Below the pieces are notes generated by a model. That model was given only the letters and a program-made list of their open reading frames with translations. It was not told where the DNA came from and did no database searches. The position numbers and the translations under genes were made by a program. Source: Hormiphora californensis (Eukaryota; Animalia; Ctenophora). From it: a stretch of 64,000 nt of DNA. Positions 48,080 to 60,830 of the stretch are shown here, piece by piece; positions within the stretch are counted from its first letter, which is position 1; every line of letters begins with the position of its first letter. The DNA is taken from NCBI GenBank assembly GCA_020137815.1, contig CM035355.1:1178001-1242000 (forward strand), read 5' to 3'.

Positions 48080-50496
48080 CTAGGACCAGATATCTTCACA
48101 GTATCGTTTAGTAGTTCTCATTTTCTTCATAAAAACCTCACTCTCCTCTCTACTCCGTCCAGTCCACTTTCCCACCATCTCCACAAATGCCTCGCACACA
48201 CCAGCCCCTAACCCTTTAGCATCCCCGCACACATATACCGCTGCTCCTTTATCAACAATTGCATTGACCATCTCCTCCCCCTTATCCCTGACCACATCCT
48301 GTACATACCTCCACTGACTTCCCTCCTCTCGGGAGAATGCTCGGTACCATGTGTTCAACCTTTCATTAGACAGGTGTTCCTGGAACTCTTTTTCGTACAC
48401 TGAATCAAGGGCACGGTACCTGTTACCTGTTATAAGGGTCACGTGACTAGTTGTCACGTGATCAACTCCTTCTGTCACGTGATCAACTCCTTCTGTCACG
48501 TGATCAAATCCTTCTGTCACGTGATCAACTCCTTCTGTCACGTGATCAACTCCTTCTGTCACGTGATCAACTCCTTCTGTCACGTGATCAACTCCTTCTG
48601 TCACGTGATCAACTCCTTCTGTCACGTGACTGTATGGTCCTGTCACGTTGTCAAGGAAACCCAGGAAGGGAGAAACGCCCGTTCCCGCACCAATCAGGAT
48701 CATATTAGGACCAGGTGAGGAGGGAGGAAGGAAGGAGTTGTTTTTCCGGCGGTAAATATGAAGATGGGAGGTTGTGGAGAGAGAGGAGAGGTAGGTAGAA
48801 CAAACACCAGGAAGTGGAGAGGAGAGGGAGGTTGAGTTTCGGATGTTGGTGATGATGTTAAACACAAATTTGATACCTGAAACAGAATGCATCAAAGATT
48901 GCTTAGCTAATAATAATATTGAAGTCTATATTTTAGTTGTTCTTATTTACCTTGTTCAGTGATGCGGGAGACAGAATAATATCGGGGTGTTAGTCTAGGT
49001 AGAAACTGGAGAAGTCCAGCAAGACCAGGTTTACAGGAGGGGAATAGTTCCAACAAATCCAGAAGTGTTAAACCGGGGGAGTATATCATTTCATTCAGAT
49101 CACTGCTACCCTGACAGAAAATATTTAATGTCTTTCGATAGAGACAATTATATAACGAAGGAAGAAACGATTATAATTTATACTACTTACCTCTTTAGAA
49201 GCAAAGTGTTTCAGCAGATCCCCATCCCTCTTGTCCCCACAGCACTCCCCTAAATACTTGAGGAATGCTTTCTTAGGTAGACTGTGTACATCTAATGTGT
49301 ACTTGAAAGCATACCACGGAGTGCACTCCATCAGGATGTGTTTAGGGAGTAATCTAGCCTTTACTCCCTCCCCAACTTGTAGCCGATAGGGGGTGTGTGG
49401 AGAAAGGGACAGCCGGGAGAGAAGGGTCGTTACCTCACCATCACTGTTCTCACATAACACTCCAAATGAGTCCCCAGGACCATATTTAGCTGCGGTGGAG
49501 GCGATCTCAATCTCAAACACTGATTTCACTAACGGATCACTGGTGAGAGGGGTGACAGAGAGGACAGGGGCGGGTTCCAGGGGTGTTCCATCTGAGAAAG
49601 GGAGTATAAACTTGTCAACTCCATGAGGGAAGGTGTTACTCCACTCCTTTTCTCCACTCCACTCTAGACTGTATATCAGTTTAGTTATAACGTTATTAGG
49701 CTCTGTTGTTGTTATACTCAGTGCAGCCAACTTATCAGCAAGAGAAGGAGGTGGGGGTGCAGGTGATAGAATTGCCCGGAGTGGATCCCATAGACCCTCT
49801 ATCCAGGGCTCAACAATGTGCTCCAAACCAACAGCGTCATCAGCCAACTAAACAAGATAGGGTAGTGATAATGAGGTATCAGAGGAACAATAACTTTGCA
49901 GTGAACGAGATTATCACCTGGTATTCGTAGAATGATTTAGCGCCTCGTTCGGTTAGAAACCTGTTAAGGGAATTTGGGAAACCACCATAATCCGTGTAGT
50001 TCGTATCACCTAGACCTGGCAGAGGAAAGAGAGGTTATCATGTACTGTGATCAATAAATTGCAAGAGCGAAAAGGTGAAATGGAAACCTTACCCAGTAAA
50101 GTATAGTTGAGGTTTGATAAGTCTGGATAATCATGAAGGTTGTTCCAGAACTCCTCAAAGTTCTCAGGAGGATCACCTTCACCTGTGGAGGAAACAACGA
50201 AGACAACCACCTGTAATGAGAGTCATTGGGGGGGGGGATAGCGATATGGGGGCGGGCAGAAGAATTTTAAAGATTCTAACTCTAAAAAAAGAAAGGTTCC
50301 AACTTCAACAGAAGCAATAATGTTGCGGTATGGGTTTATATACCTGTTCCTTCAAAAGATCCTCGCCAGTAAGGCCCTCAGCGACCTTCAGATCACAGTG
50401 TAGACCCTCCCCACAAGAGAGGGCTATTTGTTCACTAATTGCCTCACTTTGTCCAGTCTGGGAACCGTAGATGAGAAGGAAGCGGAGAGGAGGCAT
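48080..50496 (-). CDS. MTRR: Methionine synthase reductase (diflavin reductase), multi-exon
   Basis: FLLIYGSQTGQSEAISE, VSSTGEGDPPEN, LGDTNYTDY, ADDAVGLEHIVEPWIEGLW, LPRLTPRYYS, ILIGAGTGVSPFLGFL, YVQD, YVCGDAK and RYCEDIWS*. The N- and C-terminal motifs are MTRR-type. Confidence 0.92.
48453..48630 (-). repeat. In-frame 21-bp coding minisatellite (HVTEGVD x8) in MTRR
   Basis: Unit GTCACGTGATCAACTCCTTCT on the + strand, 8 copies, frame preserved. Confidence 0.92.
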
Positions 50497-50544
50497 AGAG
50501 AGATGCTAGGGAAAGGAGGAACACACTGCAAATGAAGGGATTAA

Positions 50545-51847
50545 GGGTACACCTGGCGTTTTTCATCATCGAGTGCCCAACCAAATGACTTCACCAGGGT
50601 TTAGGTCATACAAAATGGACCTCAAATATGCAATTTTAGCCCTAAAGTCGAATTCATATTTTTGCTACAGCCTATTTTCAAAGTGGCGTTTTTTCTATTT
50701 TTGTTGGAATTTTTAACCTCAGGACGACTTTTTTTGAGATAGAAACATTAAATTCTTGGAATTTGAAGAGAATATAAAGGTGAATAAGCCCAAAGAAGGA
50801 TTTTTGAAATGGAGCTTATTTCTGGCCATGAGAAGGGTTTACTTTTTTGCTTCTTTGACACGCTGGCTGAGAATGTTCCCATGCTTCATTAGAGATGAAA
50901 ATCTGGAAATAGTTGCTCAAAACGATTATCTATGTGGCCCAAAAATTTTGGAACTTTCCCGCCAAAGATGTGGTGTACAGAGCTTGTTTTGTGAAACCCG
51001 TCTTTTTGAAAAAGAGAGGAATTCCCTGTATCTCCAAAACGGATGATCGTAGAGACCTAGGACCAAGCTTAATCGATTCAGAAGGTCCGATTTTGGGGGG
51101 GTCTTCTGAGAGACATTTTGCTCCTACTCCAACCGTTTTTGCTGTAATTGCGAAAAACCAATTCTATGAAAAGGGGGGACAACTCTATTCCAGTAGCCTG
51201 CTTCGGGCTGATTTCCCTCTTACTTGCTGATAACTTTTTCGCAATTACAGCAAAAACGGTTGGAGTAGGAGCAAAATGTCTCTCAGAAGACCCCCCCAAA
51301 ATTGGACCTTCTGAATCGATTAAGCTTGGTCCCAGGTCTCTACGATCATCCGTTTTGGAGATACAGGGAATTCCTCTCTTTTTCAAAAAGACGGGTTTCA
51401 CAAAACAAGCTCTGTACACCACATCTTTGGCGGGAAAGTTCCAAAATTTTTGGGCCACATAGATAATCGTTTTGAGCAACTATTTCCAGATTTTCATCTC
51501 TAATGAAGCATGGGAACATTCTCAGCCAGCGTGTCAAAGAAGCAAAAAAGTAAACCCTTCTCATGGCCAGAAATAAGCTCCATTTCAAAAATCCTTCTTT
51601 GGGCTTATTCACCTTTATATTCTCTTCAAATTCCAAGAATTTAATGTTTCTATCTCAAAAAAAGTGGTCCTGAGGTTAAAAATTCCAACAAAAATAGAAA
51701 AAACGCCACTTTGAAAATAGGCTGTAGCAAAAATATGAATTCGACTTTAGGGCTAAAATTGCATATTTGAGGTCCATTTTGTATGACCTAAACCCTGGTG
51801 AAGTCATTTGGTTGGGCACTCGATGATGAAAAACGCCAGGTGTACCC
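50545..51847. mobile_element. 1.30-kb foldback element with TTAA flanks and GG...CC ends (Kolobok-like)
   Basis: TTAA|GGGTACACCTGGCG...CGCCAGGTGTACCC|TTAA with about 610-bp arms. Confidence 0.92.
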
Positions 51848-51906
51848 TTAAATAGTAGGAAGTAGTTGGGGTGAAACAAAACTTGTTTATCCTGTGAGCA
51901 TGGGAG

Positions 51907-51948
<42 letters not shown>

Positions 51949-52330
51949 TGGGGGAGCCGGGAGAGAGATAATATATACCATCTAAGATGAACGACATGCA
52001 ATACAGGATATAACCAGTTTAGCCGGAGGATAAGCCGAATAAATATCATTTCTTGTGGATAAAAATTGTAAAAATAATACAATGGCAAATAACACAGCTT
52101 CAATATTACGATTGATTGATGTAACTAGGGGAGTAGTACTTGGGCCCGAAACGGCGAACACAAGTGACAAGTTTGTCATAGTAGAAGCAGGGGAGGGACG
52201 TAACGCCCAATAATCTAGTAGTGGTATAGAGGATTCGATATTAACCGGCTACATAAATACTAAATTAATATCACCAGTTCTTTTTTACTGAATATGTGTG
52301 CTAAAATAACTCTAGCACAGTTTTCTCGCT

Positions 52331-55300
52331 TCATCTTTGGTCAACAGTTTTCTGTTTGACAGGCTGTACCCGATTCAAGAAGGACTCCAGGAGTTTGTCT
52401 GAGACGGCTTCTCGTTGCAGGATCTGGCCCCACACAGGGGCATCCCATGGCCAAATTAGGGAGCTTGTTCTGGTGTAACTAGAGGAGAGAAGGGGCGTTA
52501 CTAGGGGGTGTAACTAAGGGGTGGGGGTTTCACTGTTACTAGGGGGTGTTACTAGGGGGTGTTACTAGGGGGTGTAACTAGGGAAGATCATGGGTATAAT
52601 TATGGGGTATTATGGTGTGTTACTAGGGAGGGAAGTGTTGTACCTAAAGTCAGCAGCTGCCTCAGCCGGCCACTGGTACTGGGACTCCCTTGTTTTGGCG
52701 TTGAAAAAGTAAAACTTCTTCAGCTTACTGCTTAGTTCCATGTTCCACGGTTCTGGTGGGGAAAGGGGGGAGGGTTAGATCTTGAAAAGACTCATTTTAA
52801 ACAGAAGTTACACTATCTTTCATACATGAGTATCATAACCTATTTTATGGAAGTCAGTATACTGTCTGACAGACAGCCCCACCTTTAATGTGTCGTATCA
52901 GCATCATCCCCCTGACCAACATCTTCTTGTCCTTGATACAGTGGGCTAGTCGGGGTGTGGAGTGACCCTTGACGTGTTGCACTACTAGGGATGATGTCAT
53001 GGTGTAGAAGTTCTCAACTCGCAGCGGCCGAACTGGCATCACTTCCTGCCACCTTTTGTAGCTCTCTTTTCGGATCTGGGGGTAAAGAGGGGAAATATAA
53101 CAACTCAGTTATGAATAGAAGTGATCTGCTGGACAAATAAAACGTTAATTCATTACTCACCGTCAGACAGAGTTTCTCCAGCAGGATCTGTCTCTCGCTG
53201 TAAGGTTTCTGATACACATCCTGTCCTCCCAGTACTATACCATCAGTTAGTACTACACAGTGAGTCCTCATTCCTCCAGTATCTCCCTGGAACACCTCCG
53301 CCACCTGAAATTAATTTGTTTAGAGTCCTCCTGTTACACCCGTCCTTGGAGCACAGGAGACGAGGTTTACCCATCAACCCCATTTGACAGAGTCTTTCCA
53401 GGCTATCAATTATCACCCAACATGGTATATGTTAGTGCCCCCCCCCCCTCCCCGATATATATCACCCTCCTACCTGGGCCTCCACTATGGTATCCTTTGG
53501 CAGCTCAATATGTATCCGCTGGTCTCTGATCCAACTCTGCTGCTCTGCACTGAAAACGAACACATTCCTCCCTCCCTGAGAGAGAAGGAGGACGGGCTGC
53601 CCATAGTTCAGATGACACTTCCAGCTGTATTTGCTGCTGAAGGAAACTACATTCTCCGGGTTGAGAAGTGATGGTTGTCCTTTAAACAGAGAGGGATTTA
53701 GTAGTCGGACTGCTGTCTCTAGCGGGGACTCTTTTTGTTTCTTTTTCCGGGTCTCGTTGGGGATCTCCCACTTCCGCAGACAGACTTCTCTGATCTCCTG
53801 ATAAAAAAATGCTCTTAGTATACTAAAACAAAATAATACTGTATAATCTTGTTTCAACAGAATCTGATGATAAAGTTGTCCTACAAAAAGAACCCCTTAC
53901 ATTTTGGTTGGATACCCTCAAATTAGGATTCCGTACGTATGCCCTTAGTTTCTGTAAGTTATATAACTGGTTCTCTCCAATTGTGTCATTGCTTGTTGAC
54001 ACATAACGGCAGAACTCAGCGTCAGATAGGTAGTGAGACTCTGGTACCACATGCTGAACGTCCTGAGTTGGGGTCAGGTCAGGGGGGATTGAGTTGGGGT
54101 CGGGTCACAACAGGGGTCAGGGGGGATTGAGTTGGGGTCGGGTCACAACACGGGGTCAGGGGGATTGAGTTGGGGTCGGGTCACAACACGGGGTCAGGGG
54201 AGGTTGAGATTGAGTTGGGGTCGGGTCACAACAGGGGGTCAGGGGGGATTGAGTTGGAGTCGGGTCACAACACGGGGTCAGGGGGATTGAGTTGGGGTCG
54301 GGTCACAACACGGGGTCAGGGGGGATTGAGTTGGGGTCGGGTCACAACACGGGGTCAGGGGGATTGAGTTGGGGTCGGGTCACAACACGGGGTCAGGGGG
54401 ATTGAGTTGGGGTCGGGTCACAACACGGGGTCAGGGGGATTGAGTTGGGGTCGGGTCACAACACGGGGTCAGGGGGATTGAGTTGGGGTCGGGTCACAAC
54501 AGGGGGTCAGGGGGATTGAGTTGGGGTCGGGTCACAACACGGGGTCAGGGGGGATTGAGTTGGGGTCGGGTCACAACACGGGGTCAGGGGGATTGAGTTG
54601 GGGTCGTGTCACAACAGGGGGTCAGGGGGATTGAGTTGGGGTCGGGTCACAACACGGGGTCAGGGGGATTGAGTTGGGGTCGGGTCACAACAGGGGGTCA
54701 GGGGGGATTGAGTTGGGGCCAGGTCACAACACGGGGTCAGGGGGATTGAGTTGGGGTCGGGTCACGACAGGGGGTCAGGGGGGATTGAGTTGGGGCCAGG
54801 TCACAACACGGGGTCAGGGGGATTGAGTTGGGGTCGGGTCACAACACGGGGTCAGGGGAGGTTTAGATTGAGTTGGGGTCAGGTCACGACAGGGGGTCAG
54901 GGGGATTGAGTTGGGGTCGGGTCACAACACGGGGTCAGGGGGATTGAGTTGGGGTCGGGTCACAACACGGGGTCAGGGGGGATTGAGTTGGGGTCGGGTC
55001 ACAACAGGGGGTCAGGGGGATTGAGTTGGGGTCGGGTCACAACAGGGGGTCAGGGGGATTGAGTTGGGGTCGGGTCACAACAGGGGTCAGGGGATTGAGT
55101 TGAGGTCGGGTCACAGCACGGGTCAGGGGGATTGAGTTGGGGTCGGGTCACAACACGGGGTCAGGGGGGATTGAGTTGGGGTCGGGTCACAACACGGGGT
55201 CAGGGGGGATTGAGTTGGGGTCGGGTCACAACACGGGGTCAGGGGGGATTGAGTTGGGCCTTGGGGTCGGGTCACAACAGGGGTCAGGGGGATTGAGTTG

Positions 55301-58300
55301 GGGTCGGGTCACAACACGGGGTCAGGGGATTGAGTTGGGGTCGGGTCACAACACGGGGTCAGGGGGGATTGAGTTGGCTGTTGGGGTCGGGTCACAACAG
55401 GGGTCAGGGGGATTGAGTTGGGGTCGGGTCACAACACGGGGTCAGGGGATTGAGTTGGGGTCGGGTCACAACAGGGGGTCAGGGGGATTGAGTTGGGGTC
55501 GGGTCACAACACGGGGTCAGGGGGGATTGAGTTGGGGCCAGGTCACAACACGGGGTCAGGGGGATTGAGTTGGGGTCGGGTCACAACACGGGGTCAGGGG
55601 AGGTTTAGATTGAGTTGGGGTCAGGTCACGACAGGGGGTCAGGGGGATTGAGTTGGGGTCGGGTCACAACACGGGGTCAGGGGGATTGAGTTGGGGTCGG
55701 GTCACAACACGGGGTCAGGGGGGATTGAGTTGGGGTCGGGTCACAACAGGGGGTCAGGGGGATTGAGTTGGGGTCGGGTCACAACAGGGGGTCAGGGGGA
55801 TTGAGTTGGGGTCGGGTCACAACAGGGGTCAGGGGATTGAGTTGAGGTCGGGTCACAGCACGGGTCAGGGGGATTGAGTTGGGGTCGGGTCACAACACGG
55901 GGTCAGGGGGGATTGAGTTGGGGTCGGGTCACAACACGGGGTCAGGGGGGATTGAGTTGGGGTCGGGTCACAACACGGGGTCAGGGGGGATTGAGTTGGG
56001 GTCGGGTCACAACAGGGGTTAGGGGGATTGAGTTGGGGTCGGGTCACAACACGGGGTCAGGGGATTGAGTTGGGGTCGGGTCACAACAGGGGGTCAGGGG
56101 GATTGAGTTGGGGTCGGGTCACAACAGGGGTCAGGGGGATTGAGTTGGGGTCGGGTCACAACACGGGTCAGGGGGATTGAGTTGGGGTCGGGTCACAACA
56201 CGGGGTCAGGGGGATTGAGTTGGGGTCGGGTCACAACAGGGGTCAGGGGGTTGGGTTTAAGGGAAAATACAGGCGACCCCAACTCAAAATGTTTAACAAA
56301 AAACTTCCCAAAACTCGATCTGGGGTCCTCTTCGGTGTATTTTTCTGTTTTTGATTTTAAATAGGTAACTGTAGAGAACTGAGGTTTTCCCTTTGCTCTT
56401 GAAAAACCCGATCAAACCCAAACCCTGGTAATAGGGGAATTTTGAAAAAACAAACCTCCCCCCCCCCACCCCACCACTACCCACCCCACCCCACCCCCCC
56501 CTCCCCACTCCCCCAAAACCACAAACCTTTTAACTACTACCCCTTTTTACCACCCCCCTTTAAACCACTACCTTCCCCCACTAACCCTTCCCCCCCTAAC
56601 CCTCCCACTACCCTCACCCCCCCTCCCCAAATTTCCCCCTCAAAACCTACCTTTCCCACTCCCTTTCACCACTACCTCCCCACTCTCACCACACCCCCAA
56701 CCCCATTTCCCCCTTAACCTCACCCCCTCCCTTCCAAAATTTACCTCACCACTCCCTTTAAACCACTACCCCCCCCCCCCCCTTTACCCTACCCCCCACC
56801 ACCACCCTCCCACAAACCTTCCACCCCCCTTTACCATTTACCTTCCCACCCCTTACCAAAAAACCTTCCCAAACCTCCCCTCCCATTTAACCAATCCCCC
56901 CCTTTTAGGAACCCCCCTACCTCACCACCCCCCCTTTCCCCACTACCTCCCACTCCCTTTTCCCACCACCTTCCACTACCTCACCCTCCCTTTAAACCCC
57001 ACCTCCCCCAAACTCCCTTTTAACCGTTTTTGGGGGTTGGGGGGTCTGTGTCAGGGGTTTAATAATAGCGACCTTCTCAAAGGCATATCTCACAAATGCC
57101 CCGCCCCAACAGAGGGAGTAAAGAGATAAAATGTCTTGCTCCACAAATAGTCCACGGAAAAGATTTTTAGTAAAATATCTAACAAATCAAACCCGAATTT
57201 TCAACTTCTTCTGGTATGTCACTACCCACCTTGCCGAAGTACTGACAGGGCACAAGCAAACTGACAAAGAAAAGTTTCTGTTTTCGTTAGGCCCTCCGGA
57301 TTTTCCTTTCCCCCCCCCCACATTCCCCATCACCATAAAAAAGGGGAGCCCACCCCCCCTGTGGGGGCCCCATGACATACTCTCGGAATCCTTTCCGGTT
57401 CTCGGGTTGGTGTTTTCGCCTCCCGCCCTGTAGAGAGAAAGGATAGAGAAAAGAAGAAGAGAAGGGGGATGGCGGGAGATATAGGAAAAGGAGAGAGAGA
57501 GGGAACCGGGAAAAGGACAAAAGAGAACAAATGGAAGAAACCGAGAGGGGACAAAGGAGAGACATAGACAGAAAAGAGAGAAGAGAGAGAAGAGAGAGAA
57601 AGAGGAGACAGGAGGGGAGAGACAAAAGAGGGGAGATAAAGAGAGAGAGGAGAGAGAGAGAAAAGATAAGAGTATCAGAGAAGAGAGAAATAGAAAAAAA
57701 AAATATACAAGCCATTCGAAGAAAAGAGAAAAATTTGCAAAAAAAAATCAGTTTTTAACCAAACCTTTTCCCTCCAGCCCCATGCCCTTTTTCAAACACT
57801 CCCTTTTTTTTCCAAACCCTTAAAGGAAAAATTTTTTGAAAAAAATTTTTAAATTCCCCCCTAGCGTCGGGGGCCCCATCCTTAGGGGTCATCCAAACCC
57901 CCCTTTGGCCCCCAAATTTGGGGCCCCCAAACCCTGGGTCCCTCCCCCCCGAAAAATTAAAAACCCGGGCCCATTTTTAAACCGCCGGGCCCCTTTGAAA
58001 ACAAAACAAAAATTTCCCGGGGGGTTCGGGGGGGGGGTTTTTTTTTTGGGGCGGAAAAGGGGTTCGTTAGGGCCCCTAAAACCTAAAAAGGCCCTTTTTT
58101 CCTTTTTTTTGGCCCGGGGCCCTCTGGAAGGGGGGGGTGGGGTGAGAATTGAAATAGCCCCGTTTCATTTTTTTTTATTTTTTTATACAATGAAAACCGG
58201 GTAAATTGTTTTACTTGGAAAACAGTCTAAAAAAGCAAGCAAAAGGAATTAGGCCCAAACACGAAAACAACTAACAAAGAAAACAGTAGTTGCTCGATTC

Positions 58301-59800
58301 AGGTACCTGTTTTGAAAATAAACCTGATCAAATCCTCTCGAAGGGATTGGGCCCGGGCCCCGAGCATCTTTTAAAACCTCTTTCCTCAGGAAACCCGGGT
58401 CAAATTTTTTCCCCTTTGTTTTTAAAAATTTTCCCCCCTAAAAACCCCCCTTTTTAGAGACAAAAAAACCTAGGAGGAGGAGAGTTTTACCCAAAACAAT
58501 TAGTTTAACATTTCTACCAGGTTACTCCCCCCTTTTTTGTTTGAGATAAAATTTTTGGGGCCTAAAAATTTCCCCCAAAACCCCTCCTAAAAATGGTACT
58601 AACTTGGTTTCATCCTCCACAGTTTCCTTCCTAGTTCCAACAAAAAGGCCCCATATCCCCCCCCCCCTTTGAAGAACCCCTCATCCCCTCAAACTTGGGT
58701 TTCCCCCTCCATTCGCATTGACTTGAGGGGGAAAACAGGTCCTTCCCTTTTTCCCCTCTCACATTGCCCGGGAATCCTGGTGGGAGAGGAGAGATGAGGA
58801 AAAAAGGAGAAAGAGAGAAAAGAGAGGGGGAAGAGGGGAAAAAAATAGGGGAAGAGCTAGAGAAAGAGAGAGGAAAAGGGGAGAAAGAGGAGAGAGAAAG
58901 AGGGGAAGAGCAGAGAGAGAAAAGCCCGAGAGAGGAGAGAAAAGGGGCCCAGAAAAAAGAAAAAGAAGCGAAAGGAGCAAAAGAAGATAATAGAGAAGCC
59001 CAGAGAAAGAGAGAAAAACCGCCAAGAAGAGAAAAGAAGAAGAGAGAGAAAAAAGGAGAAAAGGAGACCTAAAAGAGTAAAAATGGGGAGAAGGAGAGAG
59101 GAGAAGAAAGAGGAAAAGGGAATTTCCCTTTCAGTAAATGTCCCAGCCCACTTTTTCCCTTTTTTTTGTAAATGTTTCAATCGGGGTCTTTGGGTTTACC
59201 CGGCCACCCTTTTCCCGGAACCCCCCGTTCCTGGCTTGAATCCCATACTTTTCGGGGAGAAAAGGGGGGAAAACCCGGCAGAGCGAAGGAGGGAAATAAC
59301 AAATTCAACGAAAAAGGGGGAAATTTAAATAAAAATATGGAGAGATAAGTTAAGAAAATTTGGGAGGGGCCCCAAAATAAAGATGGGGGGAATAAAAGGT
59401 CCGCCTTATGTTGATTGAAAACTACACAAACCCGACCGGTCCTTGTTTCCACTTTTTTTTCCCATTTTTAATAAAAATGAAAATTTCCGAATTTTTTCCT
59501 TTTTCTCAAAACCACTGGTTTGGGGGTGTTTTTTTCCCCCCAAAAATTTTGGAGGAGAACAAAAACATGGGGTTCTAGGAAAAAGCATTTTTTTAAAAGG
59601 GTAGGACAAAGCAGTTTTCAAAAGAGCATGGAGGCTACAAACCCGCGGGACAGTTTTGGGCCATGTTTCCACCCCTGGACTGTAAACCCCTTTCTGAAAC
59701 TGCTCACTTTTTTTAACTGGGACTCAAAATCTCTGGTTTGCGGGGGTTAACAAAGGTAGATAAATGAACATGCTCTCCATACTTCCCCTTCTTCTTTAAG
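52331..59800 (-). CDS. CMTR1: Cap-specific mRNA 2'-O-methyltransferase 1; 3' exons clear, 5' exons corrupted
   Basis: DVQHVVPESHYLSDAEFCRYVSTSND...LQKLRAYVRNPNL, EIREVCLRKWEIP, IELPKDTIVEAQ and a C-terminal WW domain (EPWNMELSSKLKKFYFFNAKTRESQYQWP); stop at 52331-52333. Traces of LCQFACALSVLRQG and YAFEKVAIIKPLT at about 57050-57290. The start coordinate is approximate. Confidence 0.85.
54062..56250. repeat. About 2.2-kb G-rich minisatellite with a roughly 38-bp unit, filling a CMTR1 intron
   Basis: Unit GGGGTCAGGGGGATTGAGTTGGGGTCGGGTCACAACAC with variant copies; four G-runs per unit. Confidence 0.97.
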
Positions 59801-60524
59801 AAGGGAACTGGCCCTGTAACCCCCCCCCCCCCCTCCCCACCCCCCAGAGGGGGGAATCTTGTCTTTTGGATAGATTTTGACTTTGGGAAAGGAACTGATC
59901 GGGTCAAATGGGAAAAGGTTTTGGTGGGGTGCCTTTGTCCCCGGGTTTGGGGTCCCCCCCTTTTCCAATTTCCCCCAACCCCCCCCCCCAAAGTTGGTTT
60001 TGTAAATGGGGGGGTTTTGTCCCCAATAAATGGGGTTTTTTTTTAGGGGGGGACATTAAAAAATAAAAGGGGGGGGGGGTGGGGGTTTAATTTAATTTTT
60101 GGGGGGGGGGGGGGGGGGGGAGGCCCTAAACTAATTTTTTTAAATCAAAACCTAAAAAACCAAATAACCGCTCCCCCAAATTTTGGAAACTCCTAAAAGA
60201 CCACATTTTTTCAGATGGGTTTTTGACCCTTAAAACCCCAAAAACGGCCATGCCCGAAGTATTTCGACTTTTTTTGAGTGTTCGCCTTAAATTCGGGTTT
60301 TTGTAGGGTTTTTTTTTGATCTTCCCGAAACCCGGGGTGAAGTCGGGAAAATGGGTTTTCCCCCTCCCCCCTTTTTTCCTTTTCAGACCCCCCCCTTTTT
60401 TCTGTGGGCGAAGGGGGGGAATACCTATTTTTTCCTGATTCACCAAAATTTTTCAGCTAAAAAAAACCGGGCCCCTAAAACCCGGGAATTTTTGCAACCC
60501 GTCACTAAAAAAAAAAATTTCCCT

Positions 60525-60581
<57 letters not shown>

Positions 60582-60830
60582 GCCCGGGCGTTTTAGATGT
60601 GACCCGTAGAAAATATCAAGGGTCCCGGGGAAATGGGGGCCAAAAGGGAAAATTTTTCCAACAACCGGGGGTTCCCTTAGCCCTTCGGGCCCCGGGAATT
60701 TCCTTTAACAAAAACGCTTGCAGGGGGGTCTACCCAGAATCTTTTTTTTGTCTCACCTTGGGGGGAAATCTTTTGTTTATTTTGTCTGGGGGAGGCGGGG
60801 GGGGGGGGGGGGTAGGAAAAGTCTAAACAA
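56250..60830. other. Low-quality consensus (homopolymer-inflated sequence)
   Basis: Nearly every base sits in a run, and recognisable CMTR1 and WARS1 exons here are broken by many indels while flanking exons are intact. Confidence 0.85.

Noticed and set aside
50756-51636. Mirror-image ORF pairs (also 33962/34915, 29450/29924, 37207/37972)
   Set aside because: They result from inverted arms and show no transposase motifs.
56250-60830. CMTR1/WARS1 pseudogenisation or a novel low-complexity coding region
   Set aside because: Uniform homopolymer inflation across exons and introns indicates base-calling failure.
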